Below are positions 1-10,057 of a stretch of DNA of 64,000 bases, piece by piece. Within the stretch, counting starts at the first letter, position 1, and each line of letters starts with the position of its first letter. The DNA comes from Nannocystales bacterium (GTDB lineage Bacteria; Myxococcota_A; Polyangia; Nannocystales; Nannocystaceae). Position numbers and translations under genes: made by a program. The stretch is from positions 64,001-128,000 of the forward strand of contig JBOEGF010000007.1 of assembly GCA_050633305.1 (NCBI GenBank). Reading direction: 5' to 3'. The notes beneath the pieces are model-generated. The model did no database searches. It had not been told where the DNA came from and worked only from the letters and a program-made list of their open reading frames with translations.

Positions 1-155
1 GCGATGACGTACAGCGCACTCCCGGTGTCCACGGTGCTCGCGCCGTGCTGCAGGATGTCGAGCAGCCACGCGCTGGCGTAGGCCACGGTCGCAATCGCGC
101 AGACGACGAACGTGAGCCACGGAAAGCCGCGACGGTCCTGAGAAACACGCACCAC
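1..155 (-). CDS. 5' part of a membrane protein running off the left edge (N-terminus resembles rhomboid-family proteases)
   Basis: Hand translation of the minus strand from GTG 155/152 gives VRVSQDRRGFPWLTFVVCAIATVAYASAWLLDILQHG..., open to the edge, with a hydrophobic helix after a PW motif. Confidence 0.35.
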   Translation of the reverse strand, partial: MVRVSQDRRGFPWLTFVVCAIATVAYASAWLLDILQHGASTVDTGSALYVI

Positions 156-280
156 CTGTATAGGTTCGTAACGGGCGGACTTCGCGCGTCCAGACTGAAG
201 TGATGCCGGATCTGAGCCGACTGGGCCGGTTGAGGGGTTGCTTTGACACGGCGCCGACTCGCGCGGATCCCGACCTGCGA

Positions 281-447
281 GCACACACACGCACAGCAGG
301 GCGCCTGAGCCGGTGGACGACGCTCAGGCCCCGTGATACCAACCGCGCCTCATCAACATGCGCCCCGAGGGATTCCCGGCGTGACCGCATTCGCGGTTTT
401 GGGAAACCGACGACGGGCGCAAAAGCAAAACGCCGGAGACAACCAAT
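281..447 (+). promoter_or_regulatory. rpsB 5' leader (S2 autoregulatory / t44-like structured UTR)
   Basis: Begins with an ACACACACGC run like known rpsB leaders. Contains stems GCCTGAGC/GCTCAGGC, TGCGCCC/GGGCGCA and CGGTTT/AAACCG. Lies directly upstream of the rpsB ATG. Confidence 0.5.
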
Positions 448-1362
<915 letters not shown>

Positions 1363-1412
1363 ACGCGGACCCTCACCTCAGCCCAACCTTCACTTAGTCA
1401 GGGAAGCAAGCG

Positions 1413-2087
1413 ATGACACAAGTCACCTCTGGAATGATCAAGGAGCTCCGTCAGGCAACGGGCGCGGGCCTCATGGACTGCAAGAAGGCCCTCAAAGAAG
1501 TTGATGGCGACATCGACAAGGCCATGGAGTTCCTTCGCAAGAAGGGCCTCGCCAAGGCCGCCAAGAAGGCCGGCCGCGCAGCGACCGAGGGCGCCGTGCT
1601 CTCGTACATCCACCCGAACAACCGCGTGGGTGTCCTGGTCGAGATCAACTGCGAGACCGACTTCGTCGCCAAGAACGAAGACTTCAAGGGCTTCTGTGCC
1701 GACGTCGCCATGCAGATCGCTGCCATGGGTCCCGATGCGGTTCGCCGCGAAGAGATGGACACCTCGGCTGTCGAGAAAGAGCGCGAGATCCTGCGGGAGA
1801 AAGCACTCGGCGAAGGCAAGCCCGAGAAGATCGTCGACAAGATCGTCGAAGGTCAGATCAACAAGTTCTACTCCGAGCGCGTACTTCTCGAGCAGGTGTT
1901 CGTGAAGAACGGTCCCGACAACAACAAGCGGACCGTCGAAGAACTCACCAAGGAGATCATCGCCAAGCTCGGTGAGAACATCTCCATCCGTCGCTTCGCT
2001 CGCTTCGAGCTCGGCGAGGGCATGGCCAAGAAGGAAGAAGACTTCGCGGCCGAGGTTGCTGCGCAAGTCGCCGGCACCGCCAACTGA
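1413..2087 (+). CDS. tsf: Translation elongation factor Ts (short form)
   Basis: IKELRQATGAGLMDCKKAL, EINCETDFVA and GENISIRRFARF motifs. Confidence 0.99.
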   Translation: MTQVTSGMIKELRQATGAGLMDCKKALKEVDGDIDKAMEFLRKKGLAKAAKKAGRAATEGAVLSYIHPNNRVGVLVEINCETDFVAKNEDFKGFCADVAMQIAAMGPDAVRREEMDTSAVEKEREILREKALGEGKPEKIVDKIVEGQINKFYSERVLLEQVFVKNGPDNNKRTVEELTKEIIAKLGENISIRRFARFELGEGMAKKEEDFAAEVAAQVAGTAN

Positions 2088-2123
2088 GCCCGCGCCTCGC
2101 GCGGAACGTGGCCGCGAGCCACA

Positions 2124-2160
2124 GACGGGGAGTCCAAAGCGGGCTCCCCGTTTCTATTTG
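2124..2160 (+). terminator. Rho-independent terminator after tsf
   Basis: Stem ACGGGGAGTCC/GGGCTCCCCGT (one G-U pair) followed by TTCTATTT. Confidence 0.7.
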
Positions 2161-2186
2161 GGGGCTGGTAGGGTCCCGCTGCGCCA

Positions 2187-2906
2187 ATGGCAGAAGGCAA
2201 ACCGTTTCGTCGCATCTTGCTGAAACTCTCCGGCGAAGCGTTGTCCGAGGATGGACAGGGCATCACCCCGTCGGTCTTGGCCAACGTTGCGGAGGACGTT
2301 GCACCCGTCCTCGCGGCCGGCATCCAGGTTGGCATCGTCGTCGGCGCGGGGAACATCTTCCGAGGCATGAGCGACGCCGCTTCGACGATGCGTCGGCACG
2401 TGGCGGACTCGATGGGGATGTTGGGCACCGTCATCAATGCGCTCGCGTTGCAGGAGGCGTTTCTCGCCGCCGGGCTCAAGGCGAGCGCGATGTCTTCGGT
2501 GCCGATGCCGTCCGTGTGTGAGCCGTTCAACGCCGGCCGTGCACGCCGCCTGCTCGAGGGCGGGCACGTCGTGTTGTTCGGCGGAGGAACTGGAAACCCC
2601 TACTTCACCACCGACACGGCCGCTGTCCTGCGCGGACTCGAGATTGGCGCCGACGTGGTGATGAAGGCGACCAAGGTCGACGGCGTCTACGACAAAGACC
2701 CGATGCAGCACGATGACGCCGTCAAGTTCGACCGGCTCACCCATCTCGAAGTGGTCGCCAAGGGCCTCCAAGTGATGGATAGCACCGCGTCGACGATGTC
2801 TCAGGACGGCGGGCTTCCGATTCTGGTCTTCAACATGCGCACTCGCGGTAACATCCTGGCCGCGGCGCGTGGCGAGCCGGTGGGTACCGTGGTGGTGCCG
2901 TCCTAA
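2187..2906 (+). CDS. pyrH: UMP kinase
   Basis: RILLKLSGEAL, GTGNPYFTTDTAA and KATKVDGVYDKDP motifs; conserved synteny. Confidence 0.98.
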   Translation: MAEGKPFRRILLKLSGEALSEDGQGITPSVLANVAEDVAPVLAAGIQVGIVVGAGNIFRGMSDAASTMRRHVADSMGMLGTVINALALQEAFLAAGLKASAMSSVPMPSVCEPFNAGRARRLLEGGHVVLFGGGTGNPYFTTDTAAVLRGLEIGADVVMKATKVDGVYDKDPMQHDDAVKFDRLTHLEVVAKGLQVMDSTASTMSQDGGLPILVFNMRTRGNILAAARGEPVGTVVVPS

Positions 2907-2976
2907 GCCCCGCCGAACCTCTCGCATCCTCCACGAACTCAAGGCCGAGTACGGCCGGATCAAGGCAGACACCGAC

Positions 2977-3534
2977 ATGCTTGAAGACGCAAAAGAACTT
3001 GCAGCCGAAGGAATGGAAAAGGCGAAGGAGCGACTGCTCCGAGAGCTGGCCCGCATCCGCGCCGGTCGTGCAAACCCAGCGCTGCTCGATGACGTGAAGG
3101 TCGACAGCTACGGCTCGATGATGCCGCTCAAGCAGGTGGGCACCATCAGCGTGGGCGACGCTCGGCTGCTGGTCATCAAGCCCTTCGACCGCAACAACAT
3201 TGCGGCGATCGAGAAGGCGATCAACAACTCTCAACTCGGTCTCAACCCGCAGAGCGACGGTGTGATCGTCCGGGTCCCCATTCCTCCTCTCACCGAGGAG
3301 CGCCGCAAGCAGCTGGTCAAGCAGGCGGGCTCGGCGGGTGAGGACGCCAAGATCTCCATGCGGCAAGTCCGGCGTGAAGCCAACGACATGCTCAAGCAGG
3401 CGGAGAAGGACAAGGACATCAGCGAGGATGACCTCAAGCGGGGCTTGGAGCAGATCCAAAAGCTCACCGAGGCCGAGACCAAGAAGGTCGACGCCGTCGT
3501 CTCGGCCAAAGAAGCCGAGATCATCGACGGCTGA
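2977..3534 (+). CDS. frr: Ribosome recycling factor (185 aa from ATG 2977)
   Basis: IRAGRANPALLD, LGLNPQSDG and PPLTEERRKQLVK motifs; canonical length from the internal ATG. Confidence 0.97.
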   Translation: MLEDAKELAAEGMEKAKERLLRELARIRAGRANPALLDDVKVDSYGSMMPLKQVGTISVGDARLLVIKPFDRNNIAAIEKAINNSQLGLNPQSDGVIVRVPIPPLTEERRKQLVKQAGSAGEDAKISMRQVRREANDMLKQAEKDKDISEDDLKRGLEQIQKLTEAETKKVDAVVSAKEAEIIDG

Positions 3535-3619
3535 CCCGCGGGGCTCGATTGCTCGGCTCCACGGCGGAGCTGCCTCGTCTCCAACCTCCGTTTGAGGGCC
3601 CGCCAAACACGCGAGCGCG

Positions 3620-3672
3620 ACACCGCTTCCCTCGTGCATCATCGCGATGCTCGGAAGGAGGCGGTGTTCTTC
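3620..3672. terminator. Long imperfect hairpin between convergent frr and methyltransferase genes; probable terminator
   Basis: Outer stem ACACCGCTTCC/GGAGGCGGTGT, inner stem GCATC/GATGC, followed by TCTTC. Confidence 0.5.
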
Positions 3673-3703
3673 GTGGGGACGGTACGCCCCTACGCGACGT
3701 CGC

Positions 3704-4606
3704 TCAGGACTTGGCGACCCTGAGCTTGGCGCGCTTCATCTTCTTGGCCGGTGGCGGAAGCTCGGTCTCGAAGCGTTGGATGCTGAGGTCGGCGTACTCC
3801 GCCTCTCGCTCGATGCCGATGTACCGGTGACCGGCACGAATCGCCGCGACGCCCGTCGTTCCGCTCCCGTTGAAGGGGTCGAGAACCACGGAGTCTTCGT
3901 TGCAGGAGGACTGGAGCACGCGCTCGAGCAAGCTCAGCGGCTTCTGCGTGGGGTGCTTGCCGTGCTCTTTCTCGCGTTTGCCGGGCGCGGTCATGCGCCA
4001 CACCGACTTCATCTGCTTGCCGCCGTTGATCTCTTTCATCAGCGGGTAGTTGAAGACGTGCTTGGATTTTCGGTCGCGCCCGGCCCACAGCACCGTCTCG
4101 GTCGAGTGGGTGAAGTAGCGGCACGAGAGGTTTGGCGGCGGGTTGGGCTTCTCCCAGACGATCTCGTTGAGCATCTTGAAGCCCAGTTGCTGCATCGCGA
4201 ACCCAACACTGTGGATCACGTGGCTCGTCCCCGAGACCCAGATCGTCCCGTTGGGGGTGAGCACTTGCTGGCACAGGGCGAGCCACTTCCGGTTGAACTC
4301 GTGGTTCTCGTCCACGCCGAGGCTTTTGTCCCACTTGCCCTTGTTGACCGAGGTCCGCTTCCCGCCTCGGCAGGTCGTCCCGCCGTTGCTCAGGAAATAA
4401 GGAGGATCCGCGAAAATGCAGTCAACCGAGCCGGGTTCCAGGCGTGAGAGAGCCTCGAAACAGTCGTCGTTGATCAGGGCGGTCCGCCCATCCGGAGAGG
4501 TCCAGTAGGGGGAGGAGTCCGCTTGAAGCGCGAGCGTCGATGCCACGTGGCCAGGTTCCACACACCGACCGACCAAATGAAATTTTCGACGACCCGGATC
4601 GATCAA
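3704..4606 (-). CDS. Orphan beta-class amino (N6-A/N4-C) DNA methyltransferase, DpnA-like (start uncertain; GTG 4546 is an alternative)
   Basis: Catalytic DPPY precedes the SAM-binding DPFNGSGTT (beta order); HPTQKP motif; DPPYFLSNGG...SVNKGKWD segment. Confidence 0.9.
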   Translation of the reverse strand: MIDPGRRKFHLVGRCVEPGHVASTLALQADSSPYWTSPDGRTALINDDCFEALSRLEPGSVDCIFADPPYFLSNGGTTCRGGKRTSVNKGKWDKSLGVDENHEFNRKWLALCQQVLTPNGTIWVSGTSHVIHSVGFAMQQLGFKMLNEIVWEKPNPPPNLSCRYFTHSTETVLWAGRDRKSKHVFNYPLMKEINGGKQMKSVWRMTAPGKREKEHGKHPTQKPLSLLERVLQSSCNEDSVVLDPFNGSGTTGVAAIRAGHRYIGIEREAEYADLSIQRFETELPPPAKKMKRAKLRVAKS

Positions 4607-4693
4607 CCCGTGCAGGCCTGATCAGGTGTCGGGGCTTCGTGCGTTGTTTGGTCGGTACGTACCGCCTCTGGTATGCAGGTCACCAGACCGGCC

Positions 4694-5449
4694 ATGTTCG
4701 ATCGTACGTGCACCATGCTGTTGGCGGGCCTCTTGGGGACCGTCGCGGGCTGTAAGGCCAAGGTCGAGATCAAGACCCTGTCCGACGAGTCTCCTTCGCG
4801 CCGCACAGCGGCCTCGTTCGTGCACTGCATCGAGGCGGGCACGGGTGCCTGTGTCAATCAGGAGAACATCTCCGGTGGCTGGGACGCGCTGTATCTGTTG
4901 CAGTGGATGGCCGACGGATCGCCGGTCTCGGTGATGTACGCGCTTCCCGGAGAGCTCGAGGCGCACGAAGACCCACGCCAAGTCGAGCAGCGGTTGGTCT
5001 CCGAGGTTGAGCGATACGCCAACGCCGTCCGCGGTGCGGAGTGCGACCCTGCGGACGCGCTGCAGATGACCCCGATGATCGATGAGGCAGCGAAACGTGC
5101 TTCGGACCGGCTCAGTCGGCTTGGCATGCTGGAGGGGAATCTCCGCGTGATCATCGATGGCCTCGCCGAAGAGGCTCATGAGGGCCTTGATGGCGGCGAG
5201 CTCGTGCGGCTCGATTGTCGCTTCGACCCCTACCGGTTGTACGTCGCCACGCGACGCTTCGATGATGGTGTTCAGCGCGTCCTGGGGTTGTCGACCATGT
5301 TTCCCGCTTCGCTTGGGGGAGATGTCCCGGGTCGTGACGTCGTGGACGAGCGTCTGCACTCGAGCTCGCTGGGCCTCGACTCCGTCCCTCCGCCTCTCGT
5401 TGAGGGCGGCATGAATGCCTGGCTTCCGTTCGAAGTGGAGTTGTTCTGA
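4694..5449 (+). CDS. Hypothetical lipoprotein
   Basis: Lipobox LLAGLLGTVAG-C; stop overlaps the start of the next gene (TGATG). Confidence 0.7.
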   Translation: MFDRTCTMLLAGLLGTVAGCKAKVEIKTLSDESPSRRTAASFVHCIEAGTGACVNQENISGGWDALYLLQWMADGSPVSVMYALPGELEAHEDPRQVEQRLVSEVERYANAVRGAECDPADALQMTPMIDEAAKRASDRLSRLGMLEGNLRVIIDGLAEEAHEGLDGGELVRLDCRFDPYRLYVATRRFDDGVQRVLGLSTMFPASLGGDVPGRDVVDERLHSSSLGLDSVPPPLVEGGMNAWLPFEVELF

Positions 5450-6288
5450 TGCTCGCCAAACTCGCGCTCGCGCTCGTCACCCTGCTCCAACCCAGCACCG
5501 ATCCCCCCGGCGGGGCTTCCGTGTCGCTGGAACGGATCACCAACTTCTCCAATGTGGTGGTCAACCACATCAACGGCAGCATCGGGACGGAGGCGCTTCC
5601 TCAGGGCAGCGGACTCGCGGTCGACCCCGGCGTCTTCGTGACGATCGGCAGGAACAAGCTGCAGGTCTTCGACCGTGAGGTGGCGGTGCTCCAGGACGGG
5701 CTTGTGACCGACGGCACCGTCGCGCAGGAGTGCAAGAGCGGTTGCCCCGCGGTGCTGTTCGACGCGTTCCAGTACGAGTGGCTGAAGATGGCGGTCGAGT
5801 CGTCGTATCTCGACATCGACATTGCAACGCGGGTGGCGTTTGCTGCGGCGACGGATGTTCCCGCGCAGACGCTGCTGATGAGCGCGTATGCGGCCGCGGA
5901 AACTCGGCCCGGCGCGGTCCCTACGGTCTCGATTCTGGTCAACATGGCCGGGCGTGGGTTGCGAGCGCAGCCTGTCTTTCTGCTCCCGCCCGAAGGTCTC
6001 AAGCTCCAGCAGGGCTCGGCCGCGCTCGGTCTGACCATCGAGTTTGATGCTGAGACGTTCATCGTCAGCGGGTCCGATGCCACGCTCGGTCGAGGCAAGC
6101 GCGGCAAGTCCCTGGCGGATGTTCGACGAATCCTCGCGGCGGTTAAAAAACGATTCCCGGGCAAGGAGTCGATCATCTTGGTGCCGCGAGCCGGGGTCTC
6201 CGTCGGCCAGCTCATGATGCTGGTTCAGACGATCCGGACCAGCTATCCCAGGATTGTCCTGAGTCTCGGCCAAGACGTCGTCATCTAA
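5449..6288 (+). CDS. Secreted hypothetical protein with possible ExbD/TolR-like periplasmic segments
   Basis: N-terminal signal peptide. RVAFAAATDVPAQTLL and SIILVPRAGVSVGQLMMLVQTIR resemble the ExbD I-x-AD-xx-V-x-Y-xx-V core. Confidence 0.6.
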   Translation: MLAKLALALVTLLQPSTDPPGGASVSLERITNFSNVVVNHINGSIGTEALPQGSGLAVDPGVFVTIGRNKLQVFDREVAVLQDGLVTDGTVAQECKSGCPAVLFDAFQYEWLKMAVESSYLDIDIATRVAFAAATDVPAQTLLMSAYAAAETRPGAVPTVSILVNMAGRGLRAQPVFLLPPEGLKLQQGSAALGLTIEFDAETFIVSGSDATLGRGKRGKSLADVRRILAAVKKRFPGKESIILVPRAGVSVGQLMMLVQTIRTSYPRIVLSLGQDVVI

Positions 6289-6339
6289 GGCCCTCGTTCT
6301 TGGGGCGACTCGCAGTACGAGCGCCGAGGGAGGTACTGT

Positions 6340-7035
6340 GTGTCGGTGCCCGCCCCGCGAGACGACGACGCGCTGCTTTTGCAGTGGCAGCAGGGGGATG
6401 ATGCGGCGGGCACGTTGTTGTTCGAGCGGCATTTCGACGCCATCGCCCGCTTCTTCCGGAACAAGACGGACGGTCCGCTGGATGACCTCGTCCAGCGAAC
6501 GTTCCTGGGCTGTCTCGAGGGCCGAGACCGAATTCGCGGTGACGCCGGATTTCGGGGGTACCTCTTTGGTGTCGCGCGGAACGTGCTGCGGACCTCGTGG
6601 CAAGCCCGGGCTCCGGATCGTTCGCTTGATGAGATCGATGATGCTTCGATCGTGGAGATGGGCGCATCGCCGGCCTCGGCCTATGCTCGGGACCGAACGC
6701 AGCTGGCGATGCTCAACGCATTGCGGCGGATTCCGTTGGAGGCCCAGCTCGTCCTGGAGCTCTGTTACTGGGAGCAGATGAGCGCGCGGGGGGTGGCGGC
6801 CGTGCTGCATGTGCCCCTGGGGACGGCCAAGACTCGGATTCGGCGCGCGCGGACGCTGTTGACGCGGGAGCTTGCAGCCGTGGCTGCCGGTTCAACGCCG
6901 CTACACTCCACGGCCACGCGATTGGACACTTGGGCCCGGGTTGTGCGAGCCCAAGCGCAAGACACGCATCCCCCGGAAAGAAATCCGACGCCGAACGCAA
7001 TCCGTTCGGGCTCTCATCGTACGTCGTCATCGTGA
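6340..7035 (+). CDS. ECF-family RNA polymerase sigma-70 factor
   Basis: Region 2 (DDLVQRTF...FRGYLFGVARN) and region 4 (VAAVLHVPLGTAKTRIRRAR). Confidence 0.92.
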   Translation: MSVPAPRDDDALLLQWQQGDDAAGTLLFERHFDAIARFFRNKTDGPLDDLVQRTFLGCLEGRDRIRGDAGFRGYLFGVARNVLRTSWQARAPDRSLDEIDDASIVEMGASPASAYARDRTQLAMLNALRRIPLEAQLVLELCYWEQMSARGVAAVLHVPLGTAKTRIRRARTLLTRELAAVAAGSTPLHSTATRLDTWARVVRAQAQDTHPPERNPTPNAIRSGSHRTSSS

Positions 7036-8696
7036 TGCACGAAGTGGAGGAGCCCGCGCTTCGGCCGGCCGTGAACCCGCCCGACGAGGCGGCGCTGGAG
7101 CTGACCCGCCTTCGACGGCATGTCCGAGCCCAGGTCTTTGGTGGTTCCGAAGAGGCCACTCGCATCGGCCGGTTTCGACTGCTCGAATGCATCGGCCGTG
7201 GTGGCATGGGGGTCGTGTGGTCAGCCCGGGACGAAGAGCTCGACCGAACGGTCGCCATCAAGCTGCTCCGGCCCGAGTTCTCGGGTCGCGATGTGACGGC
7301 GGAGGCTCGGGCGCTTGCCCGGCTGTCGCACCCGAACGTGGTGTCGGTGTTCGATATCGGGGTGCACGGCGAGCAGAGGTTCATCGCGATGGAATTCGTC
7401 CGCGGCCAGACGCTTCGTGCTTGGCAGCAGGCTTCCCGCGGCATCCCAGAGGTGGTCGCGCAGTTCATCCAGGCGGGCAGGGGGCTGGCCGCCGCGCATG
7501 CCGTGGGTCTGGTGCACCGCGACTTCAAGCCCGATAACGTGCTCGTGGGAGACGACGGACGCCCGCGTGTCCTCGACTTCGGACTCGCGCGGTCTCCGGA
7601 TGTTCACGGCGGTCCGATGCCCGTCCTGGAGCCGGGGACCGACCCGTTCTCCACGACCATGACCCACGCCGGACTGCTGATCGGGACGCCCGCATACATG
7701 GCGCCGGAACAGCATCTTGGCGAGCCAGCAGGGGCGCAAAGCGACCAGTTCGCGTTCGGCGTTTCGCTGTTCGAGGCCATCGTGGGCCGGCTTCCGTTTC
7801 CGGCGGATGACCTCCGTACGTTGTCGCTCAGTGTCGTGCGCGGACGCTTCGACCCTCCGCCGCCGCACACCGTCCCGGCCGGAGTCATGGCCGTGATCGA
7901 GCGGGCGCTGCAGGTCGAGCCCGAAGCTCGCTACCCGTCGGTGGAGGACCTTTTGACCGCGCTCGAGAACACCGAGTCCGACGCGACGCGGTTCGACACC
8001 CGGGGCGCGGACGCCGTCCTCAGCCGTGCCGCATCCTTGGCGGCGGCCGATTCCGGTCGACGCGGTCTGAGCGTCACCGAGTTGGAAGAGGTGGCTGCCG
8101 AAGCGGGCATCGAGCCTCGGTTCGCCCGCCTTGCAGCCGCAGAGGCGATTGCCCGTCCGGAGGTTCGTCCCGCCGTGACTCCCCCAGCCGAGGCGACATC
8201 ACCGCTCGACACGGCGGTCCCCACCGTGCGCGCCCGGCTGCCGCGTCTCCCACCCAGAGTGGTGGAGGTTCTCGTGGCGGAGATGGACCGGCGAGCAGGT
8301 CCGGGCAAGACGCGAGCATTGGGGGCCAGCACCGTGTGGGAGAGCCGCCGTGTGGAGATGCATCTCGATCCGACCGCCGAGGACACGCGGCTCGTGCTAA
8401 CGCGGAAGCCGGGGTTGCTCACGTGGACCCGACCGGTTCGGTACGCCGCGGTCGCCCTGGCGGTCGTTGTTTCGACGGTCGCCCCGCTGACCATCGAGCT
8501 CTTCGAGGACTTCGAAGGGCTCGTCGCGACGATCATCCTGTGCTCGATGATCTGGGGCGTGTTGATGGGGCGGAAGTTTGCGCGGCGTAGGGATGGGGTG
8601 CTCCACGAACGCAAGGTCGCGGAGCTCCAGCGCTCGGCAGCGCGCCTGCAGGTGTTGGCGGAGTCGAACCTGACCGGGCCTCCGCTCGACGGTTGA
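7035..8696 (+). CDS. Hanks-type Ser/Thr protein kinase with C-terminal helical domain and two TM segments
   Basis: GRGGMGVV, VAIK, HRDFKPDN, DFGLA and GTPAYMAPE motifs; ATG overlaps the sigma-factor stop (TGATG). Confidence 0.93.
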   Translation: MHEVEEPALRPAVNPPDEAALELTRLRRHVRAQVFGGSEEATRIGRFRLLECIGRGGMGVVWSARDEELDRTVAIKLLRPEFSGRDVTAEARALARLSHPNVVSVFDIGVHGEQRFIAMEFVRGQTLRAWQQASRGIPEVVAQFIQAGRGLAAAHAVGLVHRDFKPDNVLVGDDGRPRVLDFGLARSPDVHGGPMPVLEPGTDPFSTTMTHAGLLIGTPAYMAPEQHLGEPAGAQSDQFAFGVSLFEAIVGRLPFPADDLRTLSLSVVRGRFDPPPPHTVPAGVMAVIERALQVEPEARYPSVEDLLTALENTESDATRFDTRGADAVLSRAASLAAADSGRRGLSVTELEEVAAEAGIEPRFARLAAAEAIARPEVRPAVTPPAEATSPLDTAVPTVRARLPRLPPRVVEVLVAEMDRRAGPGKTRALGASTVWESRRVEMHLDPTAEDTRLVLTRKPGLLTWTRPVRYAAVALAVVVSTVAPLTIELFEDFEGLVATIILCSMIWGVLMGRKFARRRDGVLHERKVAELQRSAARLQVLAESNLTGPPLDG

Positions 8697-8727
8697 GCCA
8701 CGTGGCCCACACGCACGGCCGAGTGGC

Positions 8728-9903
8728 TCAGCTGCTGGCTTCGCCCGTGCCTGTGGACGGTCCCGCACCACGAGGGGCGCGCCGTCGTCGTCTGCGTCGC
8801 TTCTTCGCCGGGGCTTCCGAACCGGATCCGGCGGCGGCCTGCGGGTTTGGGTCTTTCACGGGGCCGCCTCCTGCAGGCTTGCGGCCTCGGCTGCGCCTAC
8901 GCTTCTTGGCTGGGTTCGCCGGCTCGGGTGCGGGCGCCGCCGGTGCGGCGGCGTGCAGGAGTCGAGTGCGTCCATCCCCTGAGCGGACGAGGACTTCGAC
9001 CTGGGGCTCAAACCCACGCTTGTCCTTGCGTTGGTCCTTGCGACCTCGGCGGCCGCGGGCCCTGGCAGGACGCGAAGCTTCGGTGCGGCGATCCGCGTCT
9101 CGCTTGGCGTCGCCGACGAGTTTCAGCACGCCTTTGGTGTCCGCCTTGCGTCGTCGGTCGCGGTACTGGCCGCGGAGAACCGTCTCGGGGGTGAGCTCGT
9201 TGCGCTCGAACAAGTCCCACATCTCTTGCGCGTACGGAGCGTTCGCGTGGGGAACCGAGCGGCTGAGAAAGCGATGCAGGTTGTCGACGTCGCGGATCAA
9301 CAGCTTGCGCGCCGTCGAGCTGCTCACGGGGTCGACGGCTTGGGGGAAGTCGATCACGACGGGACCCTCTGCGCCCATCAACACGTTGAAATCCGAGAGG
9401 TCGCCATGCACGACCCCTGCGCACAGCATGCGCACGACCTCTTGGATCAGCTGGTCGTAGACCTCGCGCGCGACCTCCGGCGAGAAAGTTAGATCACCCA
9501 GGCGGGGCGCCGGAAGCTCGTCCTCGTCGATGACCAGGTCCATCACCAGGACCCCCTCCATGAAGTTGTACGGCGCCGGCACGCGGACACCTGCGTCGCG
9601 AAGCCGATAGATCACATCAACCTCGGCGTTGCGCCAGGCGGCCTCGTCTTCCGCACGACCGTGACGGGTGCGCTTGTTCATCGCGCGGCGGTCCCGACTG
9701 TTGCGGACGTTGCGACCGTCGGTGTAGTCGGTGCGCTTCTGGAAGCTGCGCAGCGTGGAGTCTTTGTAGACCTTCGCGACCCGTTCCTGGCCCCCGGCCA
9801 CGACGATGTACACTTGGGCTTCCTTCCCACTCATCAACGGGCGCACCACCTCTTCGATGATGCCCATGTCCATGAGGGGTTCGAGGGCTGTTGGCACGCG
9901 CAT
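8728..9903 (-). CDS. RIO1-family atypical protein kinase (PA4780-like) with Arg-rich C-terminal tail
   Basis: LMSGKEAQVY, AKVYK, VHGDLSDFNVL and IDFPQAVD motifs. Confidence 0.92.
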   Translation of the reverse strand: MRVPTALEPLMDMGIIEEVVRPLMSGKEAQVYIVVAGGQERVAKVYKDSTLRSFQKRTDYTDGRNVRNSRDRRAMNKRTRHGRAEDEAAWRNAEVDVIYRLRDAGVRVPAPYNFMEGVLVMDLVIDEDELPAPRLGDLTFSPEVAREVYDQLIQEVVRMLCAGVVHGDLSDFNVLMGAEGPVVIDFPQAVDPVSSSTARKLLIRDVDNLHRFLSRSVPHANAPYAQEMWDLFERNELTPETVLRGQYRDRRRKADTKGVLKLVGDAKRDADRRTEASRPARARGRRGRKDQRKDKRGFEPQVEVLVRSGDGRTRLLHAAAPAAPAPEPANPAKKRRRSRGRKPAGGGPVKDPNPQAAAGSGSEAPAKKRRRRRRRAPRGAGPSTGTGEASS

Positions 9904-10057
9904 TAGGGCTCGAACGACGTGGGTAACACGGAATTCGCCGTCTTGTATTGCCCTTTGATTCCAGCTGCTTATGGGGTGATGTGAATTGGGGGGCGGCGCC
10001 CTCGGACACGGATGCGGGCCGGCGTGAGGCGCGGAGGGGCCCCGTGAACACGCCGCC

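Noticed and set aside
2869..2976. N-terminal extensions of track ORFs (frr, and likewise miaE, the kinase at 6930, the peroxidase, TPR and DUF5690 genes)
   Set aside because: They overlap neighbouring genes or precede clear signal peptides and family N-termini, so downstream starts were chosen.
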